64,000 bases of DNA from an uncultured Bacilli bacterium (GCA_944363565.1 CALVUI010000001.1:337676-401675), one strand, 5' to 3'. Positions 17,830 through 27,394 are shown, counted from the first letter of the stretch. A program made the numbers and translations. The notes: generated by a model not told the origin, from the letters alone.

Positions 17830-18680
17830 TACCCCCTATCCGGGGACAATGGGTAGTCCAGCGGATTGATTTCTTCTTCCGAAGAAGCTCCCCTTTCGCG
17901 GCCGTTTGGATCCAGACGGACTATCCTGAACGCATAGGCGTTGGCGATCTTCCTCATGTCCGCCTCGTCGGTGCATGCGGCCGTGTCGCCGGTCGAGTAC
18001 CAGCAGAAATAGCAGCCCGGCTTCCTCGGGTTCCTTCTCTTCACGATCCCGATCTCGAACCTGTCCCCGTTTTGGTAGACGAATGGCTCGCCTACCTCGA
18101 ACTCGTATGTTTTTTCCATTTCGCATATCTTCCTTTCCGAATCTTTCTCCTTTTCCCAGTCGGTATTGGCGACGATATCTAAGAGCCTCTCGAAGGCCGG
18201 GTTCCTCCATGCCGTCAGGGCGTATGGGTGGGCGTCCTCCGAATAGTGGTACCGGTTCTCGACGATGTGCTTTTGGCAATCCTCCATGGTGAGGAACGCC
18301 CCGGTCTCGTCGCTGAGCCTCCAGTAACGCTCCAGGTAGCAGACCTCGGCGTTCCCGCTCCTCGACCAGACGACGCGGTTCTCCTCCATCACGCCTATGA
18401 CCTCATCGACGGTCCCGCATTCGGCCAGGTCGTCCTCGAATCCGCCCTCCTCGGCGTCTTCCTCGAGGCAGAGCTTGACGCTGTCGATGTCATCATCTGT
18501 CCATACGTGGCCGTCCTCCGGGTTGACGAGCAGGGTCTCGTCCGCCATGTCGGGGTCGCCGACCGGGCGCGTGGCGCTTTCCCGTACCATCCAGAACCTC
18601 GGAGGGGCCTGCTCGGCATGGTCGCCCTCCGCGATCTTCTTTTTGAGTTTCCTTAGGAACTCGATGTCTTCCTTCTTCAT
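17826..18680 (-). CDS. Hypothetical phage replication-module protein
   Basis: Start taken at MKKEDIEF (18680, RBS AAGGAGCC), ATGA-coupled to the primase stop. Acidic, no recognisable motif. Confidence 0.45.
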   Translation of the reverse strand: MKKEDIEFLRKLKKKIAEGDHAEQAPPRFWMVRESATRPVGDPDMADETLLVNPEDGHVWTDDDIDSVKLCLEEDAEEGGFEDDLAECGTVDEVIGVMEENRVVWSRSGNAEVCYLERYWRLSDETGAFLTMEDCQKHIVENRYHYSEDAHPYALTAWRNPAFERLLDIVANTDWEKEKDSERKICEMEKTYEFEVGEPFVYQNGDRFEIGIVKRRNPRKPGCYFCWYSTGDTAACTDEADMRKIANAYAFRIVRLDPNGRERGASSEEEINPLDYPLSPDRGY

Positions 18681-21139
18681 TCCTTGGCTCCTTTCCGCAT
18701 GAATGCTTTTTGTCTTCCGTATGGTCCGAAATACTTTGCTTTGGCCGTGTATTCCCACTTGGACTTCAGCGACTTGAGGATCTCGCTGACCCTGTAGGAT
18801 GTCTGACGATCTATTTTTTCCTTGGGGATTCCTAGCCATTCGCAGCAGACCTCCGCGACGCATACCGACTTTCGAACAATCGGCTTAAGATCTTCCTCGC
18901 ATTTGCCGGCCTCGAGTTCCTTCCGAAACTCCTTCGTCGCCTTCTGGTACTTCTGCCGCTCCTCGGTCGGGAGCGAGAAGTAGAAACTCGGCAGCGACTC
19001 GTCGAGCCACTCCTCTATCTGGGGTGCCCAGGCGTCGAGGTAGGACATCGCGTCCTGATGCTCGGCTGCCGCTTTGGACACGCTTTCGGGCAATTCCATG
19101 ATCCTTTCGCCGGCGTCCAGCATCTCCTTTGCCTCGGCCCACACCTGCCTCACGTCCTCCGGCTCCATCTCCCATGGCTTCAGCCTGGAGTCGCCGGAGC
19201 AGAGGATCGGCAGGAACCGCCGGTTCCCCGTGGAATCGTTCAGGAAGTCCTTTTCGTTCGTCGTCCCGACGAAGACGCACGTCCTCTTGTTTACGGTCAC
19301 GTTCCTGGCGTAGGCCTTCCTGTAGGTGTCCTCCGTCTTGGTGAGGTACAGCTTGATGGATTCCCTGTCGGCCTTGTTCAGGGTCGCGAGCTCGCCCATC
19401 TCGACCAGCCACGCCCCGTCCAGGGCCTCGTAGGCCTTGCTCGTCCGGATGTCCGGTATCGCGTCCTGGGTCCATTTCCAGCCGAGCCGCTTGATCAGCA
19501 GCGACTTCCCGATGCCCTGGGCGCCGACCAGGATGGGCATGTAATCGAACTTGGCTCCGGGCTCGTAGATCCTCGCCACCGCCGCGCACAGGAGCTTCCT
19601 CGTCACCGTCCTGGTGTATTCCGAGTCCTCCGCCCCGAGGTAGTCGACGAAGAGGGAGTCGACCCTCTCGATCCCGTCCCATTTCCTTGACTCGACGAGT
19701 TCCTTGACCGGATGGAAGGCGTTCTCCGCCGCCACGATGGACAGGCAGTCGACGATCTTCTGCCTCGCCTCGAGGCGGTACGTCCTTTCCAGGTATACCC
19801 TGAGCCCGGAATCATCGCCGTCGGTCCATTCGCCGTGGGCGCGATCCCTTTTCCACGGAAGGCTTTCCCTTAGAACCATCGGCAGCCCCTTGAAGAGGTC
19901 GTTGCCGACCATCCCCTTGAGGTTTGGGTCGTTCCGGAGGATCAGCAGTATGTTGTCGCTGGTGGGCTCCACCGCCGAAGAGCCTCCCTTCCTCTTCTCG
20001 AAGGTGAGTCCGTCCGTCCAGTCCGATGCCCGGCCATTTGATTTCTGTTTGATTTCCGTTTGATTCTTTTCTTTTTCAAACAGGCCTATCCCGATGTCGG
20101 CCATCGCCCTCTTTCTGAGCTCTTCCCGTACCTCGGGGAGGCCTTTTGCGAATTCGACCATCGCCTTGTAAGAGGGCCTTCTGTTGATGGGAACGTCCTC
20201 CGGGACGCCGTCGTCTTGCTTGCCGAACCTGTGGATCCTCACGAGGTCGAAGGCGTTTATCGACGTCCCGACGTTGGCGGGGTCCGTGGCGTCCTCGCAT
20301 TTGACCGTCAGCGAGCTGTCATAGATCCGGAGCCCGTTGGCCGATGTTCCCTTGGAATACGTGAACCTTCCGTTGGCTCCTTCCTTGTAGACGTCGCTTA
20401 GAAACATCTCGATGGCTTCCTTGGGTTGGTAGACCTCGCAGAACGCCCCTATCGGCTCGGGCTTGGTCCTTGGGTCCGTGAGTTTCCCGGTTCCCTTTTT
20501 CTCCGTCCGCTCCCCCTTCGCGCGCGGCCACGTCGTCGTGTCCCGGTACTCGGGGTGCTTTTTTATGTAGCTGTCCGGGTCGGCCCACTCGCCGCCGTTC
20601 CTGAAGAAGTGGTACTCGACGTCCCTCGGGGTCGAGGGCCAGTACATCATCCGGCACACGGAGAACGTGGTCGGGTCGAAGGCGTCTATCCCGCAGAGCT
20701 CGTCGGCCATCGTCCGCGCCAGGAATTCGTATTCGGTTGGGTCCACGTCGCGGAGGAGCGGGATGACGATCCTGCATCTCGGCCTCTTCTGGCTGTATTT
20801 GTGGGTCCCGTAGACGATGAGCTCGTAGGGGGCCGACATCTCGAGCCCCTCGAGGAGGTCGGGCGTCGCCCCGTCGTCGATGTCGAGGGTCACCATCGAT
20901 CTCCTCTTGACCGTGCGGCTTCCCCTTTTCCCTCCCTCGAGGTAGCCGGCGACGAATCCTCCGACGTCCTTTATCTCGCCTTGCCTGTCCTTGCCCATCG
21001 CGAGGTATTCCGCCATCGTCTCCCCCGTCCTCTTGGTCTTGGAAAGCCTGGAGGAGATCTCTTCCCAGGTCATCTCGCGGTTTCTGTATGTCGCGTCCGT
21101 GCGCTTGGCGCATTCCGCTATGCAAAGCTTCCTATCCAT
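18677..21139 (-). CDS. Phage/plasmid primase with a C-terminal VirE-like P-loop NTPase (primase-helicase)
   Basis: 820 aa. N-terminal primase-like region and Walker A GAQGIGKS in the C-terminal part. Confidence 0.65.
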   Translation of the reverse strand: MDRKLCIAECAKRTDATYRNREMTWEEISSRLSKTKRTGETMAEYLAMGKDRQGEIKDVGGFVAGYLEGGKRGSRTVKRRSMVTLDIDDGATPDLLEGLEMSAPYELIVYGTHKYSQKRPRCRIVIPLLRDVDPTEYEFLARTMADELCGIDAFDPTTFSVCRMMYWPSTPRDVEYHFFRNGGEWADPDSYIKKHPEYRDTTTWPRAKGERTEKKGTGKLTDPRTKPEPIGAFCEVYQPKEAIEMFLSDVYKEGANGRFTYSKGTSANGLRIYDSSLTVKCEDATDPANVGTSINAFDLVRIHRFGKQDDGVPEDVPINRRPSYKAMVEFAKGLPEVREELRKRAMADIGIGLFEKEKNQTEIKQKSNGRASDWTDGLTFEKRKGGSSAVEPTSDNILLILRNDPNLKGMVGNDLFKGLPMVLRESLPWKRDRAHGEWTDGDDSGLRVYLERTYRLEARQKIVDCLSIVAAENAFHPVKELVESRKWDGIERVDSLFVDYLGAEDSEYTRTVTRKLLCAAVARIYEPGAKFDYMPILVGAQGIGKSLLIKRLGWKWTQDAIPDIRTSKAYEALDGAWLVEMGELATLNKADRESIKLYLTKTEDTYRKAYARNVTVNKRTCVFVGTTNEKDFLNDSTGNRRFLPILCSGDSRLKPWEMEPEDVRQVWAEAKEMLDAGERIMELPESVSKAAAEHQDAMSYLDAWAPQIEEWLDESLPSFYFSLPTEERQKYQKATKEFRKELEAGKCEEDLKPIVRKSVCVAEVCCEWLGIPKEKIDRQTSYRVSEILKSLKSKWEYTAKAKYFGPYGRQKAFMRKGAKE

Positions 21140-21704
21140 GTTCGTCCTCCGTTACCTTCCTTATCGATTCGACCCTTCCGTTCAGGCAACTGTCCCTCAC
21201 CTTCCCGTGGAGGTAGTCGTACAGGGTGCTCCTGTCGCAGTAGAGCTCCTTGGCGCATTGGCCGAGGGTCTTGAATATTACCGTCGTCCCGTCCTTCATC
21301 CTCGCCTCTATCTTCCATTTCCTCATGAGCCCGGCTTCCCTGGCCTCCTCGGCGGTGTAGAGGATCAGGTTGTTGAGCGAGCAGTTCGCCGGGTTGCCGT
21401 CCTTGTGCTGGATCCGGTAGGGCTCTACCGACTTGTGCTTCGTGAAGCAGCTGACGACAAGCGCCTTCAATGACCAATGCCTGTTCCCGATGTCGACGAC
21501 CATCATCGCCCCCGGCTTCTGCCCTATCCTCTTCCGGCGCGGGTTCTTAAAAGGGGCAGCGGTTAAGGCCCTGCCCCTTTCCTTCTCCCCCAGCCCGGTC
21601 GGGATGGACAGGACCTTCCCGCGATCCGTCACGTACCAATCGCGCTTCCTCGATCGGTAGATTAGCTGATACGCCGTCTTCGAGCTCAGGCAGAAGGATT
21701 CCAT
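21132..21704 (-). CDS. HNH (HNH_3-type) homing-endonuclease-like protein
   Basis: HKDGNPANCSLNNL motif, inserted between the primase and polymerase genes. Confidence 0.55.
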   Translation of the reverse strand: MESFCLSSKTAYQLIYRSRKRDWYVTDRGKVLSIPTGLGEKERGRALTAAPFKNPRRKRIGQKPGAMMVVDIGNRHWSLKALVVSCFTKHKSVEPYRIQHKDGNPANCSLNNLILYTAEEAREAGLMRKWKIEARMKDGTTVIFKTLGQCAKELYCDRSTLYDYLHGKVRDSCLNGRVESIRKVTEDEHG

Positions 21705-21705
21705 C

Positions 21706-21921
21706 TCAGTCCCCCTTGCCGGAAGCGGCTTTCAGGACCTCGGCCGCGGCCAGGAGCTCGTCGTGCTCGTCTTTTATCTGGATGAGCCTGCCGACTGCCC
21801 GTTCGAACGCCTCCCTGTCCTTCTTGATGTTGACGTCGGCTTTGGCCTTGGCCAGCTCCTTTGCTTTCTTCACGTCCGCTTCGTTTGTTAGGAACGCCAC
21901 CGTCATTCTGTAATTCTTCAT
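21706..21921 (-). CDS. Hypothetical small coiled-coil protein
   Basis: 71 aa K/E/A-rich ORF, tightly packed. Confidence 0.4.
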   Translation of the reverse strand: MKNYRMTVAFLTNEADVKKAKELAKAKADVNIKKDREAFERAVGRLIQIKDEHDELLAAAEVLKAASGKGD

Positions 21922-21943
21922 TTTTTCTGTCCTTTCTTCCGGT

Positions 21944-23944
21944 TCAGTCCTTGAGGTAGAACCGGCATGTGTATCCCGCCGCCTTGAGCGGTATCTTCGT
22001 GTCGTAGTTTCCGGCCGAATCGGCCATCGTCTGGGTGATTTCGGTTATGATCGCGTCGTCGTCCGGCCATTCCCTGTAGGGGACGCTGACAATCACCTCG
22101 TCGTGGACGTGGAACCTTGGGTAGAATCCCTTCCTCGCCAGCCCCAGCATCGCGTCCCGCAGGCAGTCCCTAGCGGTCGCCTGAACGATGTTCTCGAAGA
22201 ACTTCCCTCCGTAGGATTCGATGCGGCCCCATTTGGTGGTTGCCGTTTCCCCGTCGTAGCAGACCGTCCTCTTCCCGCCGACGTCCTCTATCCGTATGTT
22301 CTGGTAGGCGAGCTCGCGCCCGCTTGGGAGTTTCACGAAGAGGATCTTCCCCCTGGTCGCCAGCGATATGCCGTGCCCCAGAGTTTCCACGCTCCCCGGC
22401 CTTTCTATGGCTGCCTCTACCGCCTTTTCCAGGCGTTTCCAGTAGCCGACTATGCTTGAGTTGGCCGCCCTCCAGGAATCTACCAACGACTGGATCTGCG
22501 CGTCGTTCCAGCCGAATCTCTCGGCCCCGAACCTCTTGTACGCGCCTATCCCGCCTTGGTATTGGCCCGCGAGTTCCGCGACCTTCCCCTTGGCCCTTTC
22601 CGGGGAATCGTGGGAGATGCAATCGATCGGGATTCCGAACATCTTCGACGCGGTCGCCTCGTAGATGCCCTTTCCCTTCCTGAACGCGTCGAGCTTCCAC
22701 TCCTCGTCCGACAGCCAGGCCGCAACCCTGGATTCGATGGCGTTGTAGTCCGCGACGACGAACCTTTCGCCCGCCTCCGGTATGAGGGCGGTCCTGATGA
22801 GCTCGGACATGGCCTGCATCGTGTTCGGGTAGGCCAGCCCTATACCCTCGAAGTCGCCCTCCCTGGCGAGCTCTCTTACCTCCGGAAGGAAGCGTATGGT
22901 GTTCCTTGGGAGGTTTTGGGTCTGGATGATCCTCCCCGCCCAGCGGCCGGTCCTCGACGCCCCGTAGTACTGCAGGGTTCCGTGGCACTTGAGCGACCCA
23001 TCCGCATCGGCCACCGCCGAGTCGAGCATCGCCCGGTATTTGGTCGTCGACGTTTTCTTCGTCTGCTGCATGATCGTGAGCGCCTCCCTTGCCTCCTCGT
23101 CGTCAGTTTGGGAGAGCAGGTCCTCCACGCTGGCCTTGCTAAGCGAAGCGACCGCCAGCCCCCTGCCCTTAAGCCACGATGACATCTGCCTGACGGAATT
23201 CGGGTTCTCCAATCCGGTCAGCTCCTTCAGCCGCTCCCCCAGCTCGTCCAGATGCGATTCGATGTACCCGTCTATGCTCGCGCACAGCCGTCCGTCGATC
23301 GACACGCCCAGGTCGTTTATGAGGGCGTCCAGCCTATACGCTTCCATCTCCTCGCCCGGAATCCGCAGCATGGCGGTCTCCAGCCTGTAGATCTCGCGTT
23401 CGGCTACGACGTCGTTCCTGTTGTACTGCTTGTAGAGCTCCCATTTGTCTGGGTCGTCACAGGGAAGGTTCCTCCTTCGGAAGTTGTTGGTCCTCTTCGG
23501 GGTCTGCGGCACCGCGAAGAACGCGATGAGTCTGGTCCCGATCGAGTCCATCTTCCTGTCCTCGTCCTTCAGCCCCAGCAGCATGCCCACGTCCTTGAGC
23601 GACTTGGGGAGGCCGAGCATCGACGCCATCGCCATGGTGCAGTGCCAGCCCTCCGCGTCTATCCTCTTCCCCTTCCCCAGCAGCGTCCTGGCGAGGCATG
23701 TCCTCTCGAACGCCGCGTTGTGTGCGACCTTTATGACGCGTGGGTCGAGTATGTCGGCGGCCAGCGAGTCGGGGATCTTCTCCCCGCTCGCCAGGCTGAT
23801 CTGCTCGACTGGGCCGTCGCCGTAGGCGTATCCGATGAGCATCGTCTCGAAGTCATCGGCATCCGCGTACTTGTAGACCCCAAGCTTGATGTCGTTGGAT
23901 GAATAGGTCTCGATGTCTATGTGCAGGACCTTAGAGGAGGCCAT
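21944..23944 (-). CDS. Family A DNA polymerase with an N-terminal 3'-5' exonuclease domain
   Basis: 666 aa. Exo motif HIDIETYS. Pol motifs DYNAIESRVAAWLS (A-like), KFFENIVQATARD (B-like), HVHDEVIV (C). Confidence 0.85.
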   Translation of the reverse strand: MASSKVLHIDIETYSSNDIKLGVYKYADADDFETMLIGYAYGDGPVEQISLASGEKIPDSLAADILDPRVIKVAHNAAFERTCLARTLLGKGKRIDAEGWHCTMAMASMLGLPKSLKDVGMLLGLKDEDRKMDSIGTRLIAFFAVPQTPKRTNNFRRRNLPCDDPDKWELYKQYNRNDVVAEREIYRLETAMLRIPGEEMEAYRLDALINDLGVSIDGRLCASIDGYIESHLDELGERLKELTGLENPNSVRQMSSWLKGRGLAVASLSKASVEDLLSQTDDEEAREALTIMQQTKKTSTTKYRAMLDSAVADADGSLKCHGTLQYYGASRTGRWAGRIIQTQNLPRNTIRFLPEVRELAREGDFEGIGLAYPNTMQAMSELIRTALIPEAGERFVVADYNAIESRVAAWLSDEEWKLDAFRKGKGIYEATASKMFGIPIDCISHDSPERAKGKVAELAGQYQGGIGAYKRFGAERFGWNDAQIQSLVDSWRAANSSIVGYWKRLEKAVEAAIERPGSVETLGHGISLATRGKILFVKLPSGRELAYQNIRIEDVGGKRTVCYDGETATTKWGRIESYGGKFFENIVQATARDCLRDAMLGLARKGFYPRFHVHDEVIVSVPYREWPDDDAIITEITQTMADSAGNYDTKIPLKAAGYTCRFYLKD

Positions 23945-24560
23945 CGTCCTCCTCCAGGAGCGCGCTGGAGTCGTTCTTTGCGTCTTCGAAGTCGTCGCCG
24001 AAATCGTCTTCGGCCTTCTTTCCTCCGGCGAGCCTTTCGCCCTTTTCGAGCGTAAGGACGTTACCGAGATAACATCCCGTTCCGTAGTTCCCCAGATTCT
24101 TGTAGGCGAAGAATGACACGGTGATATGCGCGTAGACGCCGCTGTAGACCATGTCGGACGCGTTTGGGGTGTCCTTCGTGATCAGCGTGCCTTTGATGTC
24201 GACGACCTGGGGCGCGTCGTCCGCCTTCTTCCAAGGCGAGATGAAGTAGCACCCCTTGTACGCCGGGTCGTCCGGCTTCTCGACGTCGCCGTCCTTAAGG
24301 GCCGAGTGCCATTTGCCGACGGCCTTGGCCTTCTTGAGGTCCTCGCCGGCGAAGCATCCCTTCCCGGCTTTCGCGTTCTCGATTGCCGATGCGATCGCTT
24401 CCCTTACTAGAGTGACGTTCGTTTCGTCGTCCTTGCGGATCAAGACGTCGCAGCGGAATTTGGGGTCGTTTTGCCCCTCGAATGAGTTCGGCGTCAAGAG
24501 ATTGACGTATGAGAGCCTGACGTTCTTGAGCTTGACCCTCGTCTGTGTTTTCTGTTCCAT
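23931..24560 (-). CDS. DUF2815-like phage protein (putative ssDNA-binding), usual partner of phage PolA
   Basis: 209 aa, acidic C-terminal tail, position immediately downstream of polA. Confidence 0.45.
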   Translation of the reverse strand: MEQKTQTRVKLKNVRLSYVNLLTPNSFEGQNDPKFRCDVLIRKDDETNVTLVREAIASAIENAKAGKGCFAGEDLKKAKAVGKWHSALKDGDVEKPDDPAYKGCYFISPWKKADDAPQVVDIKGTLITKDTPNASDMVYSGVYAHITVSFFAYKNLGNYGTGCYLGNVLTLEKGERLAGGKKAEDDFGDDFEDAKNDSSALLEEDDGLL

Positions 24561-24575
24561 TTTCTGTCCTCCTTG

Positions 24576-25037
24576 CTATATGAGGTCGTCGGTATCGGCG
24601 GCCTTGGAACCTTGATTGATGTCGTCGGCGAAGTCTCCCTTCGCCCCTTCCGGCTCGAACGCCGGTCGCTTGTCGCTTTCGGGGACCAGCGTGAGCTTCC
24701 CCTGCGGCTTCTCTATGAGGTCCTCGTAGTTGGCGAAGTCCCTCTTAAGGATCTTCTTGAGGTCGGATACGCTGATGAGCTCCGGCAACTTGTAGAAGAT
24801 GGCCTTTTGGTATCCGTTGGCCTCAAGCCTTTGGATCAGGGCGCGCTCGTCCTTGTATTTCGCCACGCTTCTCCCCTCCACGAGCTTGAAGCCTTTGATC
24901 TTCTCTCCCGCGATGGCTTGGGCCAGGGCGTAGTCCTTGACCTTCTTGATCCACTCCTCCAGGTCTCCCAGCTCCGGGAGCAGTTCCTCGAGCTCTTCCT
25001 TGGTTAGGAGCTCCGGTTGCTTTAGTTCTTGGTTCAT
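24576..25037 (-). CDS. Hypothetical phage protein
   Basis: 153 aa from MNQELKQPELL. Start overlaps the upstream stop as ATGA. The N-terminal part of the track ORF (to 25640) is a wrong-frame extension. Confidence 0.45.
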   Translation of the reverse strand: MNQELKQPELLTKEELEELLPELGDLEEWIKKVKDYALAQAIAGEKIKGFKLVEGRSVAKYKDERALIQRLEANGYQKAIFYKLPELISVSDLKKILKRDFANYEDLIEKPQGKLTLVPESDKRPAFEPEGAKGDFADDINQGSKAADTDDLI

Positions 25038-25777
25038 CTGTCTTTTCCTCCTTTTCCGATGTCCAGGATCTTCCTTATCGTCTCCAGCGGTTTGGTCGCC
25101 CTCTCCTTGCAGATGGCGTTGGCCTTGCAGAACTTGCACCACGGCCCGGCTTTCGCCGGCCCATTCCCGCTGAAGGCGAGCTCGCTTGCCTCCTTCGCCC
25201 TCTCGCCGAATTCGAGCAGCTCGGCAACGCTCACCGTCTCGCTGGAGACGTGGTCGAGGCGGGGTTGGATGATGTTCATCTCGACTTTCTCGAAGTCCCA
25301 CAGGCTCAGCTCGTCGATGGCGCCGAGCGCGTAGAGCCGGAGCTGCGGGTTCCCTTCGGCCTCGACCCTCACGCCTTTGCCGTATTTGAAGTCGTTGACG
25401 ATGATCGTGTCGGCTTTGGCGATGATGCAGTCGGATGTCCCGAACCCGCCTTCGACCCATTTGGAGAAGTCGACCCTTCGTTCGACGAATGCCTCCGGCA
25501 GGTCCTCCCAGTCCTCGATGAGCTTGTCCTGTATGAAGTCCGCGTACTCCTGGCAGCAGACCTCCATTTCCCTGTTGTCGGGAATGGCTTCGGGGATCTC
25601 CGCTTTCGGCTCGAGGGCCTTTCTGAGGAGGTATTCGCAATAGGCGTGAGCCCTGGTGCCCTCCTCGGCGTATGGCGTCTCGACGTCGGGCATGTCTTTG
25701 GTGATCCGGTAGCTAGCCGGGCAGTTCATCCAGATATGTGCGCCGGACGCGCTCAGCTTCGCGTGCTGGCCTGGCAT
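25034..25777 (-). CDS. PD-(D/E)XK nuclease, DUF2800 / Cas4-RecB-like phage exonuclease
   Basis: 247 aa. Nuclease-core residues and a C-terminal Cys cluster CKFCKANAIC. Confidence 0.55.
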   Translation of the reverse strand: MPGQHAKLSASGAHIWMNCPASYRITKDMPDVETPYAEEGTRAHAYCEYLLRKALEPKAEIPEAIPDNREMEVCCQEYADFIQDKLIEDWEDLPEAFVERRVDFSKWVEGGFGTSDCIIAKADTIIVNDFKYGKGVRVEAEGNPQLRLYALGAIDELSLWDFEKVEMNIIQPRLDHVSSETVSVAELLEFGERAKEASELAFSGNGPAKAGPWCKFCKANAICKERATKPLETIRKILDIGKGGKDR

Positions 25778-25778
25778 A

Positions 25779-26120
25779 TCAGCGCCCCATGGCCCTGACC
25801 GCCTCGACGAATGCCGCGCGTTTATCCTCTGGGATCGAGGAGATCTTCTCCACGCCGAGCGAGGTCAGCACCTTCTTGACTTCGTCGTTCGGGACGCCTC
25901 TTTTCTTGGCGTCGAAGTAGATGCTTCGGCACACGTCGATGTCAGGCCATTCCTGGTCTTCCCTACGCGGCTCTTCCCGCTGTTTCGCCTGTTCCGGCTT
26001 CGCTTCCGGCGCAGCCTCTTTCACGGCCTCCGTTGGTTGGCCGCCGAATTGCCTGAGAAGCCCCTCGAGAGCGTCCTTCAGCTCCTCCGGCTTCTCGCAT
26101 GTGATTTGGATTTGGATCAT
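25779..26120 (-). CDS. Hypothetical early protein
   Basis: 113 aa. Strong RBS AAGGAGGA 7-8 nt upstream of ATG at 26120. Confidence 0.5.
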   Translation of the reverse strand: MIQIQITCEKPEELKDALEGLLRQFGGQPTEAVKEAAPEAKPEQAKQREEPRREDQEWPDIDVCRSIYFDAKKRGVPNDEVKKVLTSLGVEKISSIPEDKRAAFVEAVRAMGR

Positions 26121-26316
26121 TTTCTCTGTCCTCCTTTTCTTGATCCTTGGTCAGAACACCGTCCTCGTCCTTCGCGAACCTTGTCCCCGTCCTCTCGTCC
26201 AGATACGTTCCGTCCGGAAGCTCCTTGAGCTGGCCCAGGAACGGGTTGAGGACGTTTCGGATTATTTCGTCGATCCACGGAGGTCCGATTGGGTATTTAG
26301 ATGGTTTCGTTTTCAT
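25963..26316 (-). CDS. Hypothetical early protein. The 3' boundary is doubtful because it overlaps the next gene by ~157 nt
   Basis: The first ~62 aa (MKTKPSKYPIGPPWIDEII...) look genuine. The tail is Gly/Arg-rich wrong-frame-like sequence. Confidence 0.3.
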   Translation of the reverse strand: MKTKPSKYPIGPPWIDEIIRNVLNPFLGQLKELPDGTYLDERTGTRFAKDEDGVLTKDQEKEDRENDPNPNHMREAGGAEGRSRGASQAIRRPTNGGRERGCAGSEAGTGETAGRAA

Positions 26317-26322
26317 TGTTAA

Positions 26323-26341
26323 TGTTGGCGTTTTACCAACA
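26323..26341. promoter_or_regulatory. Operator-like 19 bp inverted repeat TGTTGGCGTTTTACCAACA (copy 1)
   Basis: Perfect 6 bp arms TGTTGG/CCAACA with a 7 nt spacer, just upstream of the early gene start at 26316. Confidence 0.45.
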
Positions 26342-26548
26342 CTATTCCTTAAAAAAATTAGATATAGGAATGCCGCTCAAATCCTGCGCGATGAGAATGT
26401 CTTTAAGAGTAAAGTTCATGTCTGACCATTCTTGAACTTTCTCGCTGTACGTCCTCAAGGACACCCCCAGCTTCTCGGCGAAATCCCTTGTCGAAAGCCC
26501 CGACTTCTTCTCGGCTTCGACGATGGTTTCCTTGTTTACCTTGAGCAT
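26342..26548 (-). CDS. Cro-like HTH (XRE-family) regulator
   Basis: 68 aa. HTH LSTRDFAEKLGVSLRTYSEKVQ. Confidence 0.6.
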   Translation of the reverse strand: MLKVNKETIVEAEKKSGLSTRDFAEKLGVSLRTYSEKVQEWSDMNFTLKDILIAQDLSGIPISNFFKE

Positions 26549-26967
26549 TTGTCTTCCTCCTTTCGTTCCAGCGCGTTGTCCGGTATGACCATCACCTCGC
26601 TTAATTCGATGCGCTTCAAGGTCTTTAGGACCGCGGTGCGCACCGTATCCCCAACTTGGTCGTAGTGCCTGGGGAACGCCAACGATATCCCAGGTATCTG
26701 GCTTTGCCTGAGCTTTGCCCCTTCCCCCAGATAGAGTTCGAGGTCTTCTTGCCTAAAAGTCCCATCCGACGTTTCGATGATCCTCAGCCTTCCGTTGCTG
26801 ACCAAGAGCGCGCATCTGTTGTTTTTGCACGTGGTTGCGAAATACCGATAAGGGACGATTACCCCATTGTTACACCTGATGCATACCCTATCGCTTACCA
26901 ATGGCTCTCCGCTGTTTGGGTATTTCTCCAGCGGTTGCCCGCAGAGGATGCATCTCTCCTTTTTCAT
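26536..26967 (-). CDS. Zinc-ribbon protein of unknown function
   Basis: 143 aa. N-terminal CILCG...CIRCNNG. Confidence 0.45.
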   Translation of the reverse strand: MKKERCILCGQPLEKYPNSGEPLVSDRVCIRCNNGVIVPYRYFATTCKNNRCALLVSNGRLRIIETSDGTFRQEDLELYLGEGAKLRQSQIPGISLAFPRHYDQVGDTVRTAVLKTLKRIELSEVMVIPDNALERKEEDKCSR

Positions 26968-27124
26968 TTTCTCTCCTTTCCGGCTATAGATAGGATCAAG
27001 CCGTACCCTTCTTCCGTTAGGTCTGTCCCAAGCCTTTCCTTGACAAGCTCTTTCGCCTTTTGGAAAGGCATTTCTTGCTTTCTGCCATTTGTGTTATTTG
27101 ATCCGAGCGCCATGTTTTGCCTCC

Positions 27125-27361
27125 TTAGTAGTAACAATCGTCGTCCTGTGACGTTCTCTTGAAAATTCTCACGCAGTCCATATAAAGATCGTCGTTTTCG
27201 GCTATGAACCGGTAGTCGTCCTCGCTTGCCTCGTCGGGAACGCCGTACGAAAGCCAATCGTCCATCAGTTTCTCGTCGTTCACTGAGTGGATGAATTCGT
27301 CCATAACCTTTAATTGATTTACCCTCAGTTGTGTTTTTGCGCTTTTAATGTCTTTGTTCAT
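27125..27361 (-). CDS. Small highly acidic early protein (candidate anti-restriction DNA mimic)
   Basis: 78 aa with ~19 Asp/Glu against 10 basic residues. First gene after the divergent control region. Confidence 0.45.
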   Translation of the reverse strand: MNKDIKSAKTQLRVNQLKVMDEFIHSVNDEKLMDDWLSYGVPDEASEDDYRFIAENDDLYMDCVRIFKRTSQDDDCYY

Positions 27362-27375
27362 TTTTGTCCTTTTAG

Positions 27376-27394
27376 TGTTGGCGGTTTACCAACA
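27376..27394. promoter_or_regulatory. Operator-like 19 bp inverted repeat TGTTGGCGGTTTACCAACA (copy 2) in the divergent CI/early promoter region
   Basis: Same arms as copy 1 with one spacer difference. Lies between the minus-strand early gene (start 27361) and the plus-strand repressor (start 27465). Confidence 0.45.
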
